A stretch of DNA of 64,000 nucleotides from Bugula neritina (taxonomy: Eukaryota; Animalia; Bryozoa), in contig OZ037772.1 of assembly GCA_964035545.1 (NCBI GenBank), positions 6,680,889 through 6,744,888 of the forward strand. The letters are read 5' to 3'. The position numbers were made by a program, and so were the translations under genes. Below, one piece after another: positions 39,801 through 54,847 of the stretch. The notes below the pieces were generated by a model. That model saw only the letters and a list, made by a program, of their open reading frames with translations. It ran no database searches and was not told where the DNA came from. Every line of letters begins with the position of its first letter. The first letter of the stretch is position 1.

Positions 39801-42800
39801 AAAAATGACTTGCAAAATATTCTCTCTCTCTTTCTCCCTCTCTCTCTCTCTCTTTCAGTCAGTCGATACAAATGTGAATGTTTCTCAATTGGTCTTAAAT
39901 TTGGGTGCAGTTCTTCACGCAACTCTGTTGTCAGTGGTCTAGCTGTTTCCAGGAACTCAAGTTGATTGATCTCCATTTCATATTCCTCTTAGCAACATCT
40001 GTAAGTCTGAGTCTAGGCCACCCTCTTTTCCTTTTGCGATCTTTCAGCTGAAAGTAGAGCAATTTTCTTGGTATAACCGGCTAGCTTCAATCATGTGCAC
40101 ATGGCTTACCCATCTCAGGTTCTTTTTTATAAGGATGTCAGCCATGCTTGGCAAGTTGTCACGTCTTAGTATTTCTTCATTCAGAACTTTGTCATACCAT
40201 TTTACAGCAAATGTCTCCAATTTGCCGTATCATGCAAGCGCTTAGCTTCTTCACCTGTATCCTTTATAATGTCTATGTTTCTGCTCCATACAGCAAACCT
40301 GAGAACATCATGAAGTGTTTTGTAGACTTTACACTTTACCCTTATGGATACACGTCTGCTGTTCTGAAGTCTCTGCTGCAATTTTCCGTAAGCCACACTT
40401 GCTTTGCCCAGTCTGTTCCGCAGCTCTTTATCTATTCTTGCCAAACAGGAAACAGTGCTTCCTAGATTAGTACAAGTACAGCTGGTTCATCATCTGTTTT
40501 AGTAACCTCTGGTTTATATGGAGAGTAAATAAGTTTGATTGGCTGGTACATGCATCTACCTTCTATAAATGTTGATTTTTTATATTAGTACCTATACATA
40601 CAAGATCTTATGTGAGCAGCGAAATACATTTACACACTGTATAAGCTGAAAGATCATTTAGCTATTTCTCTAAAAAGCTGCTATAGACCCACAACTGTTA
40701 GTCATTACATTTTATGTGTAGCCACTACTTCAAGACAACAGATTTTACTTTAAATCATGATGATAACTCACTTAACGGTTTGTTTATTGAAGTTGAAAAA
40801 TTAAATTATAAATAAATTATTATTCTTCCTTTGTATGACAAGCACCATAGTCATGCAGTCTGTTAATTTAATACTTTATAACAAACCATTACATGTATTA
40901 CTATGATGTACTATATATGTGCACACATATCACACATATGTACATGCATACACACACATACATATAATATTATACTGTATATACATAAATACATCACATG
41001 CATATATACATGTATGCATCTTATATTCACATATAACACACATAAATTGCACATATGAACATATATGATAATTATAGGAGTTACAGACATATAATATAAG
41101 CAAAAATGTACAAAACTTATAGAAATTGCATCAGATACCCATCTAATTTTCTTAGTTATAGGTTTTTGGTAACTATATCATAAAATCAGGAAAAATTTTT
41201 GAGCAAATAAATGCTTTCTATAATAAAAAATTATTTCTAAGGAACAAACTAAATTATTTACTCTATATATCATCTTACAGGTCAAAACACAAGTAGACTG
41301 CTGAACATCAGTCTGGTAACAGTTCCTTCTTCACTGACATTCATATCTGAACATGAGACAAGTGATTGGTGTTACTCAGCCAATCACAGACAAAATGGTG
41401 ACATACTCATAGGTATTGAAAATGGAATACAGTTACTGAGTAGAGATGGTAATGAGGTGAGTGAATACAGTACAAGTGAGAAGAGAGTAACAGGAGTGAT
41501 TGAGACTCCTCAGAATGTCTTCATTCTACACCGACAAAGTGACATAGATAAAGTAGACATGTGTTTAGCTGGTGACATCAGAAAGAGACAACAGTTGTTT
41601 CAGTTTGATAGAACAAGTAGTATTGTAGCATTCATGGCCGTCTCTGACAGATATGTTGTGGTGAGGAATCCAGATACTAAACAGCTGATCATCTATGACT
41701 TCATCACTAAACAGAAAGGGACTACTCGTCCTGATGTGCTTACACGTGGCATACACATTTTACCAGATGGTCATCTGCTAGGAGTTGGTGAAGATAAATT
41801 GAATAAGTACAAAGTAGAGAATGGAAAGCTGACTACAGTCTGGACATGTGATGGTTTAACAGATGGATACAGTGTCTGTACAGATTCTAATGGTCTCATC
41901 TATGTTTCTGGAAAATTCCTAAAATCAATTTATATCATTTCTTCATCAGGTACTGCTTGTAATAACAACCAATTAAGATATTTGATGTGGGAAATATAAA
42001 TATAAAACCTGGTGAAAGCTTCTGAATGTAGGGGCTGGCTGAATCAAAGTACATATTGAATATGAGTCATTTCACTTCATTTAGTACAAATCAGCAGATT
42101 GTGATTACCTAACATTAAAGTTTGTCCAAAATATATTAAAATTTACCATACATGATGTTTTGTGAACCAGTTCTAATTACATGCATAACAGAAAAGACTG
42201 AAAGAGGATTTCCCAACATTAAAGCAGCAGTCATTATTATATGCACTAAATGTTTTCTTTGTGCAATTGTCCCAAAAACTGTGACATTCGCAAATCCAAG
42301 CTACCTAAATAATTGGGAAAAAACATGGGAAATTAAGCAAAATTAAAAGCAACCTTGATTATTCATTTGTATTTATGAATAGGCTATTAGTTTTGAGTGC
42401 AAACCCATATATATACATAAATAGCAAATAAATTGGGAAAAATAGCTAAAAACTGGAGATTTCGAATCCCTAAACTTAATAAAATGACCCATATGAGGTT
42501 GGTGTGAACTCATCTTGTGAAGAATGTTAATTTTTTCAATATATTTTTTCTATGACATTATATGGGACTTTAGTGTATTCATTACTAATTGTTCTGTATT
42601 TATTTTACCTATGTTTGCCTATAGAAGCCTAATATAATGTTTTGCTTCACAGAGTATTGCTCATATATGTACAGCATATTATTTTCTTTTGTTATATTGT
42701 ACTTAGTGTAATTCAGCATCATCGTAGTATATTTCTTTATACGTGTGTATACATGTATTAAACAGGTGTTATCCTCAAGAAACTGACTCATAGTAAGCTG

Positions 42801-42896
42801 CCATCTGAATTCGCTGGAGTACCAAGTATCAGAGATGGAATACTGGCTGTACCTGGTTGGGGTGATAAGAAAGTGTATCTTTTCAATATGCAGTAA
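36803..42896 (+). CDS. TRIM-like gene copy D lacking promoter and RING exon; remaining six exons intact
   Basis: Exons 36803-36962, 37687-37867, 38786-38985, 39466-39742, 41281-41949 and 42766-42896 have canonical sizes (160, 181, 200, 277, 669, 131), GT-AG sites and no stops. No MAAQ/RING exon upstream. May be a pseudogene. Confidence 0.8.
39822..40500 (-). mobile_element. RTE-clade LINE 3' fragment in intron 5 of copy D (same insertion as in A)
   Basis: ARIDKELRNRLGKASVAYGKLQQRLQNSRRVSIRVKCKVYK on the minus strand, with a (GA)n tail. Confidence 0.78.
42064..42490. mobile_element. MITE in intron 6 of copy D (same insertion as in B)
   Basis: GAGTCATTT...AAAATGACCC with ATAT TSD. Confidence 0.8.
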
Positions 42897-44685
42897 AAAC
42901 TTCAAGCACTGTGTAGTTGAACAATTCAAAAATTCCTGCTTTAAGCAATTATTTATCTGTATTATCCTAAATATGTTTCACCTTTCATCTGAATATCTGC
43001 TCTCCCTTCGTTCTCCCTTCGTATATATAAGATTATCAATTATTATTTCGGTAAATAAACAAGTGTTAATAACAAATTATGTCATAATTATGTTTGATAT
43101 ATATTTACAAAGCAATTCAACTATATCTTCGTGTTTTTTAATACAAGATAGCTAACAAATATTCTCATAAATTAATATTTAATTATATAACTATAGTCAT
43201 AACTTTTCAACAGTAAATCATTTCAAATATTATTATACTCTACCAACTAATCTTTTATGCTAGTTATTTTGTTTAAATTTTCACTTTCACATTTATTGAA
43301 AAAAATTGCTAATTTTGAATTTCTATACATTTAGAAAGATCATTCATAAACTAACATTGTTATCATTATATGTTGAAATATATTTCATAAAAAAGGAATA
43401 TTTCATCTAATTAACGTTACCAACCATGCATGTTAGTTGATATAACTGAAATATGTTGTATTTGTTATAATGAATAGTATCTCTTTACTTGCTAATTTAT
43501 TTATAAATTGCAAGATTTGTAATTTCATCAAGCTATATGATAATATTATTGTCCAATCAAGTTCAGTGGAAAGCTACAATGTTAAAACAAGGCTAAAAAA
43601 TACAACGATAAAAATGGAAGTTCGTTGCATTTTAAAAAGTGGAGACATACAGATATAAATGCACGTGCTTCTTTCAGCACAGTTTCTTTCTACAATTGCT
43701 GAGAACACACAATACCAAGATATATATTATATAATTACGAAATACCACATTCTTTAAAAAAGCACAAAAGGGGTTCTATAATAACTATACAAAAAGCATT
43801 GGAATTACCACTGCAAAACTGTATAGCACTATAAATAGTGGAAACTATTCTGTTATAAGTTACCGAATAATTAGAAATTGTTGCGTTACGATGCCATGCA
43901 TGAATACATGATTATATTAAATTGCGGTTCTTCGAAGCTTTTATTATTGTGTAGAACGTTTAAAAAAAGTAAAAAAAGCTACTTATAAAAATAAATACTA
44001 ACTTAAAATGTAGTTTATTATTTTATAAGCACATAGTAAGCTTTATATAGGCAGAGTAAAATGTATTTTATTTCTTATCCAATAAATAGTTTGGTTGTGT
44101 GTGAAACATGCATAATTTGTGATCATCGGGTGTCTCAAAATGTGCAAGATTAGCTACAGACTAACACAAAATTACAGCTCTACATTACATAACTATCAAT
44201 TGGCAAAAGCTCGCTACATTAACATCAGTCTTTCTTGCTCATTGTTATGCTCACAATAGCATGTATTTGTGATTACATAAAATAACTCAATACATATTTG
44301 ATTGATTCAATAAAATTAATGCTTTTGGCAACAAAAAATGCTGAGCAAGCTGTGGGTACTATAGCTCTCAGCTTGTACTGAATATACAAAGGCTATAGGC
44401 CTACTGATTAACTTATTATTGTCTCAGACAGCTCCTAGTATATATGTAAAGCAGTAGGAGCAAAGTCTGTTGATACAGATACTAAAGCAATACTAATTGA
44501 TTTCTTTTGATTCTATTATAACTATATGCTTGCAAATACAAAAAATCAATATGTTTTATAGAATAACATTCTAAGCCAGCATTATTATGATTAAAGCTAT
44601 AGACATGATCAATAGATACAATTTTGCATATTACAGAGTGCAGTAAGTCCAGAGGAGATGAAAGAACCTACCAGAAGACAAAAAC

Positions 44686-44838
44686 AAATGAAACTGACTG
44701 CCGTTTTGTATGTAGGTTACTCCTTCAACTGTTTTGTGCTCCAGTATAGCTACATACCATCTACTGTATCACTCCACTGCTTACAACTTTAGTATAACTA
44801 TACACCAATTACTGTATCACTGATAAGGAAAGGTGAGT
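44686..44838 (+). promoter_or_regulatory. Module M7 (paralog of M1)
   Basis: AAATGAAACTGAC, conserved body, AG|GTGAGT donor at 44833. Confidence 0.45.
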
Positions 44839-47800
44839 TGAAAACATTAACACATTTTCTTTTCCATATTCTACTTGATTTCTTTTGAGGTTGAGGTATA
44901 GATATGCTCTGGTGATTAACTATTCATAATTTTTCCTAAAAATTGTCTATTCATTAATCTTGATGTCATATTTCTGATTTAGTCTTGGTTTGGATTTTCC
45001 CTATATTATCATATTATATCAATTTCTTTTTAGATTAAACTTTTTTCATTCTAACTAAGTACACTTAGATCAAAGTTATGATTCTAATATTTTAGTTTAA
45101 TAAAATTGGGGCAACATATTGCATTTTTTATTTCATCATTTGCCTGTGAAATGTACCTTTGAACAGAAAACAAAAGTATAATAAATTTCAGAAAATGCCT
45201 AAATATTGACATTCAATAGTTCATAATTAATTTAATAAATAAATGATGCTTTGCTATTACCACGCTGCCTCTGTAGCAAAACAGTCTATAGCTATCTGGC
45301 TTATAGTATGAGCATGATTATCTAGTAGAAATTGATACCCATTTGTTTTTTTCAAAAAATAGAAGCTGAAAACTATTTGCAATTGGTAAAAAAGGCTGAA
45401 AAGTTGTAAGTATATTAGAATATCATGGCTATAGATTGAATACAGATAAGTAATAGTAATGCAAAAATTATTCTTATAACTTAAATATTGTAGAAATAAT
45501 TGAAAAAAAAACATAGATAACATGTTAAAATATTGCTTCATAGTTGTTGACACTAACGTAGCTGCAGTATTCAAATATAGACATCATCATATTATTTTCT
45601 CCCTAACATTTGAAATTTTATATTTTGTAAAATGTTCTACCAACATTCTGTAAGCACATAAAATGAATATTTGCATAACTCTGCATAAGTGTGGGATGGC
45701 GTTAGTAAGATGTGGGCCAACATCAATATACTGTAAAGCGCATGTAGACATATGTTCTAGATATATCAAACAAGGTTTTGAGAGACGTTGCCAACAAAGT
45801 TGTTCCATCATTTCATTAACAACTCTGTAGGATTGTTACTATTATATAATGTAGCATGAAATATATTCAAGATTTTAAAAGAAGTTGTAGACAAGTGTTA
45901 TTAAAACCTGTATGTTCACCTCTCAGCTGACAATGTTGGCAGATATATTGTTTTCTAATCAATGTGGTAAAATATGCATATTGCACTTTAATATTTTGCG
46001 TGGTTTGATAACTTCATGGTTCAAACACGATGAGCAATTATTACAAAAATAAACTATAAAAAGCAATTGTATCACTATATATAAAACTTTATTCAATATT
46101 TCAGATATAAATTTTAAAATATTTATTTGAATAATATTTCAGATTTACAAAAAAATGTAATGCAGCTTTTATCTTGACAGCATGAAAGCTTCTCAAAGGC
46201 AACTAAAGGATTTCTCTGCCGTCCTTATTCAAACAGCCATTTTCTGAGATTAACAGTGAACACTCAGATATAGCAACTTTACAGAAGAACAGAATGTTGC
46301 TGTAAATTACTTTTGTATCACTTCTTCTTTTCTGATGCACCACAATCCAGTACACAATCTTACACAACCTACTACAGAGTCTTATGAATGTGAAAAGTTA
46401 ATGGTTTGCACTATAAATACCAATATTAGTCAATTCTTGACCCCTACATTGAGATGCTTTTCTGGATGTAACAAGTAATGGCTACTCAAAGTAATGCTAA
46501 GTTGAAATAAATCTATAGTCAAATATTAGCTTTTGCAATAATGTTATGCTATCTTGTACTGTGGTGCTTTGAAGATAAGGTAATTGGTTGTTATAGTGTG
46601 CTCTAAACTGTTTTCTTGCATAACTAGTTCTTTTGTTAGAGTTTAAGTACCATAATAATCATCATTCCTGAACTTTGCTTATCACAATATATTGTTTGCA
46701 ATGCATGAGTTTTATGGCTTTGACATTTGCATTTCAATCACCAGTAACTTTCAGATTGCATTGGTATTTGAGTAATTGTTACAAGGTTGCAGCATCAATT
46801 TGTTAGAGTTTTAGCTTGTAATTATGCAGTAACTTGTTTTATTTAGTTTTTTTCACCTAATCTTTAAATATGATAATTGTTTGAAAGCATAGCCCCTGTT
46901 CCTTTTGTTTAAATGGCAGCCATGATGCATCTTTTTTATATTAATAATAAAAAGTATTGTATATAAGTATTGGTTAGCATTGCCTGGGTTTAGTGCCACG
47001 CAGTTGAACAACGATGTTGTTTTTTTAGTTTCAAAATGTATATAGGAATTCTGCCACATTGCCACATCTGCCAAATTAGATATAAAATATAAAAAGTCAG
47101 GCAAAATTAGAAAAAAATTGAATTATTTAGTTGTATTTGTTATTATTCTATTAGTTTAAAGCAAAACATATATATTAGCAGCAAATTTGTAAAACAAAAG
47201 GTACAAACTAGAGTGATATGGTGTGTAATAAATTAGGTAAAATGACCCATATCTACATTACTGCAGACTTTCTTACTCAGTTTATGGCAGAATGTTGCAC
47301 GAAAATACCTAAAAGCTTGTTCTAATTATTGCACAAATAGATAACAAGCAGCAAAAGTCCTAACCAACTACATACAGTTTTATAGCATTGGGACTGCTGA
47401 CAACCTATAATAACTAAGTACTCTCTCACAATTGAATATAAACTATAGGCTAAGTAATAAAGAAACTGGCGTATAGAGTTATTGATAACAAGATTATGTT
47501 TAATTTAGAGTTTAGACATTGGGTTCATGCAATCAAAACATTTAAGAGGCAAGCTCGGCAGACATTCAAGCATAGAACCGCCCTGCAGTTATACAACTTG
47601 TTATAGTAAGTTTACCTTGGTGATGTGTGATAACATATTACAAACTAAAATATAATAATAAAGAAAAGCTAATTAGAAGAAAGTTATTAGCTGCTTATCT
47701 TTTGTTATTTGCACACACCACTTTAGCTGATCATAATTATATAATAATAATTCAAAATACGTGCGGACATAGTATGTTTACATTACCATTACAATGTTTT

Positions 47801-47892
47801 ATCTGATGGATGCCTAGGATACTCTAACATAGACTAATCACAAGATATACTAGGTGGTAAGCTAAATAGTTTTGTTACATTTTCTAGTATCT

Positions 47893-48043
47893 GAATGAAA
47901 CATGAACTAAGAACAGAGGCTATGTTGATAAAAGAAAACTGGCCATACTGCGCTTTGTAATTAATTCATTTAACAGTCAACTGCTTTAAAATAGCCTCGT
48001 ACAATAACTATACTGTATTTTTGATTTGAAATTTGAGGTGAGT
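47893..48043 (+). promoter_or_regulatory. Proximal promoter/5' UTR exon module of copy E
   Basis: As for B: donor AG|GTGAGT at 48038 and acceptor just before the ATG at 48235. Confidence 0.6.
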
Positions 48044-48234
48044 TTTTACATTATTTTTAGTTTAAAATAGATTGAGTCGCAGATAACTGAATTACAAGAA
48101 TTGAAAATCTAATTCTGTTTAATGTAATGGATAGGGCATTTCTGTTGATAGAGTATACACAACGAAAACAATAATGAACGGATTGTGGCAAATAATATGT
48201 GTTTTCTGTTATGATAGTTTAGAGAAAAATAAAG

Positions 48235-51200
48235 ATGGCTGCCCAGGAACTACCAGAATGGTATGAGTGTGGTTATTGTATCTCTAAGAGGGATGACATG
48301 AGAGATCCAAGAGAGCTGCCTTGTCAGCATGTATTCTGTTTGAGTTGTATTCAAGGACATTACAGTAAACATAGAACTGTGACCTGCCCTATTAACACTT
48401 GTGGGTAAGTACTATGTATATACTGATCGTGTCTTTAAAGTACTTATGTTGTAGTAATACTATTAACAAAAGAGTTCTTAGTTGTCTTTGTAAATCTATG
48501 TGTGTTGACTTTGAACTACTTATTGTAAACTTCATGTGCTTACTCTCAGCTAATTTGCAAAAGACTACAATCTGTGAACTTGAATGTTTAATAACTTTAG
48601 GGTTTTACTCGAAATTAAATTTATAAAAATTATAATTAAAAAGTACATTTTTACACACATGCAAATATATTATTATTGTATGAGATTGAAAGGAGGCTTA
48701 AATACTACGAAAAACAGATAAGAATGATTTCATCAGTGTCATAGCAAAATTAATTTGTTTATACAGGATTGCTAAATTTATTTGCGAATTTTTTTTTCAA
48801 AATCTCAACACTTATCAATTTTAGAGAAGTGTATGAATCAATAGAGTTTGAAAGTCTGCCAAAGATTACCATAGCATCTGGTGACTCTAATACTCTGTTC
48901 TGTACAGCTCGTGAATGTCAAGGTCAAATAGCAGTGTCTTACTGTGTGACATGCAAAGACAAGTTCTGTTCTCATCATCAGCAGGTAAAATTATATTCTC
49001 TCTTAGTCTCATATAAAATAGGGATGTGAGCAAATAGTATTTAAACTATTTATAGTGCATTTTTATAAACAATTTGAGTTTATAGTTATAATTTTGTAAC
49101 CATATGGAATGGTCATATTGTAGTAGATTTGTGGGTTATAGAATGAAATCAGGCAGAGAACATAACTCCTTGCTATAAAAGAGACAAGAGAGGTGTGACT
49201 TCGTGTGTGTATAGTGATCTTTATTATAACAAAGATGTATACAGCTCAGACTCCAGCGCTGAAGTGCTGAGCTGGGCAAAAAACGCGTGCTTTTATACTA
49301 ACAAAAGACGGGGATTTGGGCCTTTCAGAACATTCCATCGACAGCGGAGCCAATATTCGGCAGGGGTACCAACATTCGTCGTGTCGGTTACCGACATTCG
49401 TCGTGTCGGTTACCGACACTGGACATGTCGGTAACCGACATTCGGTCTGCCTGTAGCCACCTGCCGATATCGGTACATCTGTCGGTTTACAAGTATAAAG
49501 AAAAGGATCAACCAAGAGTATTGTAATAAGTTATTGTTGTAAGAATAAAGAAAAGGGTAAACCATAAGTATTATAATAACTGAGACTGTGTCTGTAATAC
49601 TAGTTATGGGAATGGGGCAAAGGGGGATAACTTGATATCTAGATATTTACTACAATATTAAAAATTGAAGTCTGAAATGCAACAGTGGATGAAAAAGTTC
49701 TTTTGGTAAAATCATTTACTTTTAATTTCACCTTTATATATTTAAAGGATGCTTGTATTACAGAGTTGCTCCTCTTGGTTGTTTTAAAACATGTAACTGA
49801 CCAATTTCTTCTACTAACTGAATTTATAGAAGCGTTTTTTTTGTTCGTTATATGTAGATAGTATCTTAAAACAATGCAAGGTAAAGTTGAGTCTATTAAA
49901 CAGCACTTGTTACTGCTCATCTCTTCATTTAAATGGTTCACTTATACTTATAATCAGCTGAAAAGAGCATATACTTTAGATTAAAGTTATTGTTAATTTT
50001 TAATTATGTGTCTAGCTTTTGAAGTGATGCTTTGAAGTTGGAAGCAGAATACATTGTTGAAAGAAATTGGTCCATTTTTGAATGTGCACTCCGTAGTAAG
50101 TCATTGACTGCACATGACAAATACACTGTAAATTATACAACAAGCTAAATGTCTCATGTGATCATATATATAGCGCAGACATTTTTTAGAAATATGCTTC
50201 TGCTTTTTCAACAACTTTAATAAAGTCACTTCAAAAAAATCCTATCTCACATTCTAGGGGCATCAGACACTTCATAGTGATTCTCACAAGGTCGTGGGCA
50301 TTGATGTCTACAAGAGATCACCTGCTAGTTATGACAAACCAATATGTGAACATCATCAAGATATTCTTGTGAGAGCTTGCAAGAAATGTGGCAAACTGAT
50401 CTGCTTTGAGTGTGAGATAGATGGCTATGACTGCACAAGTGAGTAGCAAAGTTTACACACGTAAAACAGATAAATTAAACTGAAAGTATTGTTGGTTGCA
50501 ATACAAATTGATGCCGCTTATAATGAAATTATACTTGACTTTGCTGTTGTTTTTTTAAAGAATAAGCTAACATAGTGTAATGGATTCTCATCCTCTATTA
50601 GTTCTGAAATAACTGCGCTTATTGTAATTACTGTTGCGTATCGTTTTGAATTCTGTAATTGTAGTAAGCTAGCTTGCTAATGCCCAATTATTGTGATTAC
50701 TGTTAAAGCTTTCAACATAATGTAATTTTGCTGAAATATGCATTCCGGGGTTATTTTCTTTTGCGTTGCTATTTTATCGTTTTGCATTAATACTGATACT
50801 GGACATTTGTGGTCCGAGTTTCGGCTCTGGCAAATTTTGGAGCTGCCAAATTTCGGACCACAAAAGATCTTTTGTCTACATGTTATTTTGTTCTCTGTGT
50901 ATAAAAGCAGGCGAGTTCCAGTGTAGAATCAGTCTACTACTTATAGAGCTCGCCTGGGTAAGTCAAAGTTATTTCTGCTACAATAAAACATTTTGAACTC
51001 TTCTACCTCAACTTTTCTTGTTCTGCACTAAGTTACATTCAACCCACAAGTTTATCACAATATTTATAAAGTTTAAGTTGTGAGATTTTTCCACCTTTTA
51101 ATGGTTGTTACAGTTATATTACATGTGCTCAGCCAACAACAAATAAAAAAAATACAGCTTATATTTCGATTAAGCAACAATTTCATTCCAAATTCCTATG

Positions 51201-54200
51201 TGATGAATTATTTTGTGTATTGCATTTAAAATAATACTTAGCTGTAATTGGTAACTGACAAAATACTAATAATGAGGTAAATAAGCCTTGCATCCTAACT
51301 TCTCTCTCATAATTTATAACTTGACGTGATTTACTTGCCTAATTATTTGATCACTCATTTTTTTTAAGAAATGTGTAATATATGTTATACTGGTCTAATA
51401 GGTCTTTTGGGCTGTAAAAAGCTGAACATAAAAACATATAGTAGTCATGGGCTTCATGCGCATTATGGGTATCCAAACTAAAGCTTCTATGTAGTTGCAG
51501 CTACAATTATTTAAATACTGAAAATTTAACTAGTAATGTATTTTCTATATGCAGATCAAGAAAAACATGATTTCAAATCTCTCACATCACTGAAGGAAGA
51601 GGTGAACACCTACTTTTCCAGTCAGCTGAATGTAATTGCTGAAAAGATTACCAAGATTAGTTCTTTGGACAAGAAAGTTTGGAATGATCTTGATGATCAA
51701 GAAGAGAAATGTTCAGATGTTATAAGAGAGATCGAGACAGTTAGAAATGAGATGGTGAGTGGTTAGTTGTAGTTTCTTTTTGTGATTCATTTTTAAAACA
51801 CCAACATTTTTGAAAGTGTATGTATCCTCAAATGATTAAACTTTAGAAAAAAATTTAGGTCAACACTAACAATGTGTAATAAATTTAATATCGCTATCTT
51901 GCGTATTTATATATATTCTCATTAGGTATTTAAAATCCGTAATAGCTATATACAACTTCACACAAGTTTGGCTTACAAAACAAAGTGATAATAAAGTATT
52001 TGTAATAGTATATTTTGCATCTTTTTAATATATAACAATTATTGTTGATATGTTCTTGAAAATTGATTACCATATGATACTATATTCTAAAATTAGACAG
52101 CAACACTTATAAAATACAGGAATAAATGCTTCATACATGTACTAGAATGCAGAATTTATTTGTGACAACTAAAAAACTATTCCATGTTAGCCAATAAACT
52201 AAATTGAAAGTTTTGTGGGTGAAAACAAAAGTATCTTCAGTGAACCCAAACAAACTTTTCTCAAAAAACTCTTAGTCGGAAACTAATCTAGAAATGTAAA
52301 AATTCAAATTAAAAATTTCACTCCAAGAGATTTTTCATTTTTGCTAAATATTTTCAAAACAGACAGGAAGGCAAGTGTGAATATTAAAATAATTATTTTT
52401 CACTAAAAATTAAAACTTTTTGCGATTAAAAAACTTTTCTTTGAACTGATCAAAATTTGCCATATAAAGTTTGAGCTTAAAACAAGCTGAAAATGTAATT
52501 AAGTCAAAATGCGTTCATATAAACATATAAACCAATTAAATTGTTTTTTGAAATGCATATCTTGTTTACACAGCAGCAACATTTTAGATCCAAAGACTAA
52601 CTAATGAGAGTCAAGAGCTGATTGACAGAGTTACAAACCACAAGGCTAAGGTGACCAATCAGGTGGAAGATTTCTACAACAAGCTGATGCTGAAGAAAGA
52701 TGGATTGGAGAAGACACAAGCTGAGGTACATTGTCTGCTGAAAGATGGTCATGTGACTGAGAAGATCAGACAGAAGAAGAGAGTAACAGAAGAGATGATC
52801 AGACATGATGCAGATAAACTGGGTGATTGTGAACTTGTTGATCCACCAACTGTAATAAATACAGGTTTGTGACGTTCTTTTTGAAAATATCTTGGCTATA
52901 ACAATCAGAAAACATCTGCCAATTAGTTGGCTCTCTCAAAATGATGACTTACCAAACTTTATTACAGTAGATTATAAACAATAAAGTAGGATGTATATTA
53001 TATCACTACCTACATACAATTATATGCTGTGGGCAGCAAATTACATTTGCACACTATATATGCTGAAAGACCATAATTATTTCTCAAAGAAGCTGCTAGA
53101 GACCTACAACTGTTAGTCATTACATTTCATGTGTAGCCTCTACTGCAAGACAATAACCTTTACTTTAAACCATGTTGATAACCCAATTTACAGTTTGTTT
53201 ATTGAAGTTAAAAAGTTAAAGTATGAATATATTATTATTCCTTCTTTGTATGACAGTCAAACACCATAGTCATGCAGTGTGTTAAATTAATACTTTATAA
53301 CAAACCATTACATGTATTACTATGTTATACTATATACGTGCGCACATATCACACACATATATAGATGCATACATACACACATACATACTGTATATAGACA
53401 TATACATGGCAGGCATATATACATGCATGCATATTACATGCATGCATATTAAATGCACATATAACATACATAAATTGCGCATATTATAGACATATATAAT
53501 CTTTATAGTTTTTACAGGCATATATAAGCAAAAATGTACGAAACTTGTGGCAATTTTATCAGATAATCATCTCATTTTCTTAGTTATAGGTTTATGCTGA
53601 CAGAAATAAAATTAGGAAACATTTGTGAAAAAATAAAATTATGCTTTCTGATGAAAATTGATTTTCAATAATTGTACTTAATGACTAACTATATATTATA
53701 TCTTAATGTCACAACGCAGGTCAAAACGCAAGTAGACTACTGAATGTCAGTCTAGTAACAGTTCCTTCTTCACTGACATTCATATCTGAACATGAGACAA
53801 GTAGGTGGTGTTACTCAGCCAATCACAGACAAGATGGTGACATACTCATAGGTACACAGAATGGAATGCAGTTACTGAGTAGAGAGGGTAATGAGCTGAG
53901 TGAATACAGTACAAGTGAGAAGAGAGTAACAGGGGTGATTGAGACTCCTCAGAATGTTTTCATTCTGCACAGAGAAGGTGACATAGATAAGGTAGAGATG
54001 TTTTTAGCTGGTGATATCACAAAGAGACAACAACTGTTTCAGTTCGATAGAACAAGTACTGTTGCAGCAGTAATGGCAGTCTCTGACAGATATGTTGTGG
54101 TGAATCATCCAGATACTAAACAGCTGATCATCTATGACTTCACCACTAAACAGACAGAGACTATTCATCCTGATGTGTATCCAGTCGGTCTACACTTTCT

Positions 54201-54847
54201 ACCAGATGGTCATCTGCTAGAAGTTGGTGGAAATAAACTGATAAAGTACAAAGTAGAGAACGGAGAGCTGACTGCTGTCTGGACATGTGATGGTGTAACA
54301 GGAGGATACAGTGTCTGTACAGATTCTAATGGTCTCATCTATGTTTCTAGAAGAAGATTGAAGTTGCTTTACATCATTTCTCCATCAGGTACGGTTGCTT
54401 AAGCATGTGTATGCTGCGAGTAGAAAACTCTAAATATAATTTTAGAGTTCATCAAAAGTGTTTGAATTGTTGAAAATTATTAGCAAAACATATTTTGAAA
54501 GTTTTTGAAATACTGTTTCTGCTGCATCAAATTACTGTCTCCATAATATAGTCACACTGCTGAAATCTAAGTTTGTGTATCCCCACATTTTTTCACATAA
54601 TTCACACACCTTGTCTATAAATTATGAAGTAAACTGAGTGCACTTTGATATTGTTTTAAACCTTCCAGTTAACTTTGTTCCCAAGGCAGTGTATATTTTT
54701 AAATATTTGACAGGCGTTATTCTCAAGACATTGACTCATGATAAGTTACCAACTTGTTTTGCTGGAGTACCGAGTATCAGAGATGGAATACTGGCTGTAC
54801 CTGGTTGGGGAGACAAGAAATTGTATCATTTTGAAATAGAAACCTAA
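48235..54847 (+). CDS. TRIM-like E3 ligase copy E (RING-Bbox1-Bbox2-coiled coil-propeller), 596 aa, intact
   Basis: Exons 48235-48404, 48825-48984, 50258-50438, 51555-51754, 52588-52864, 53720-54388 and 54714-54847 total 1791 nt, GT-AG, in frame, MAAQELPEWYEC...KLYHFEIET*. Confidence 0.93.
49119..49654 (-). mobile_element. Solo LTR (536 bp) in intron 2 of copy E
   Basis: TGTAGTA...TACTACA ends, ATAT TSD, empty site in copy B at ~13100. TATAAAA and AATAAA on the minus strand. Internal gtcggttaccgac repeats. Confidence 0.88.
50576..51059 (+). mobile_element. Solo LTR (~484 bp) in intron 3 of copy E
   Basis: TGTAAT...ATCACA ends, imperfect TSD ATAG/ATAT, TATAAAA at ~50900 and AATAAA at ~50982. 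Confidence 0.68.

Larger units (their letters stand above)
46325..51164 (+). repeat. Recent segmental duplication, near-identical to 10360-14427
   Basis: Long runs of identical non-coding sequence. Looser homology extends 42896-46325 to 4010-9938 and 39590-41280 to 1-1677. Confidence 0.93.
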
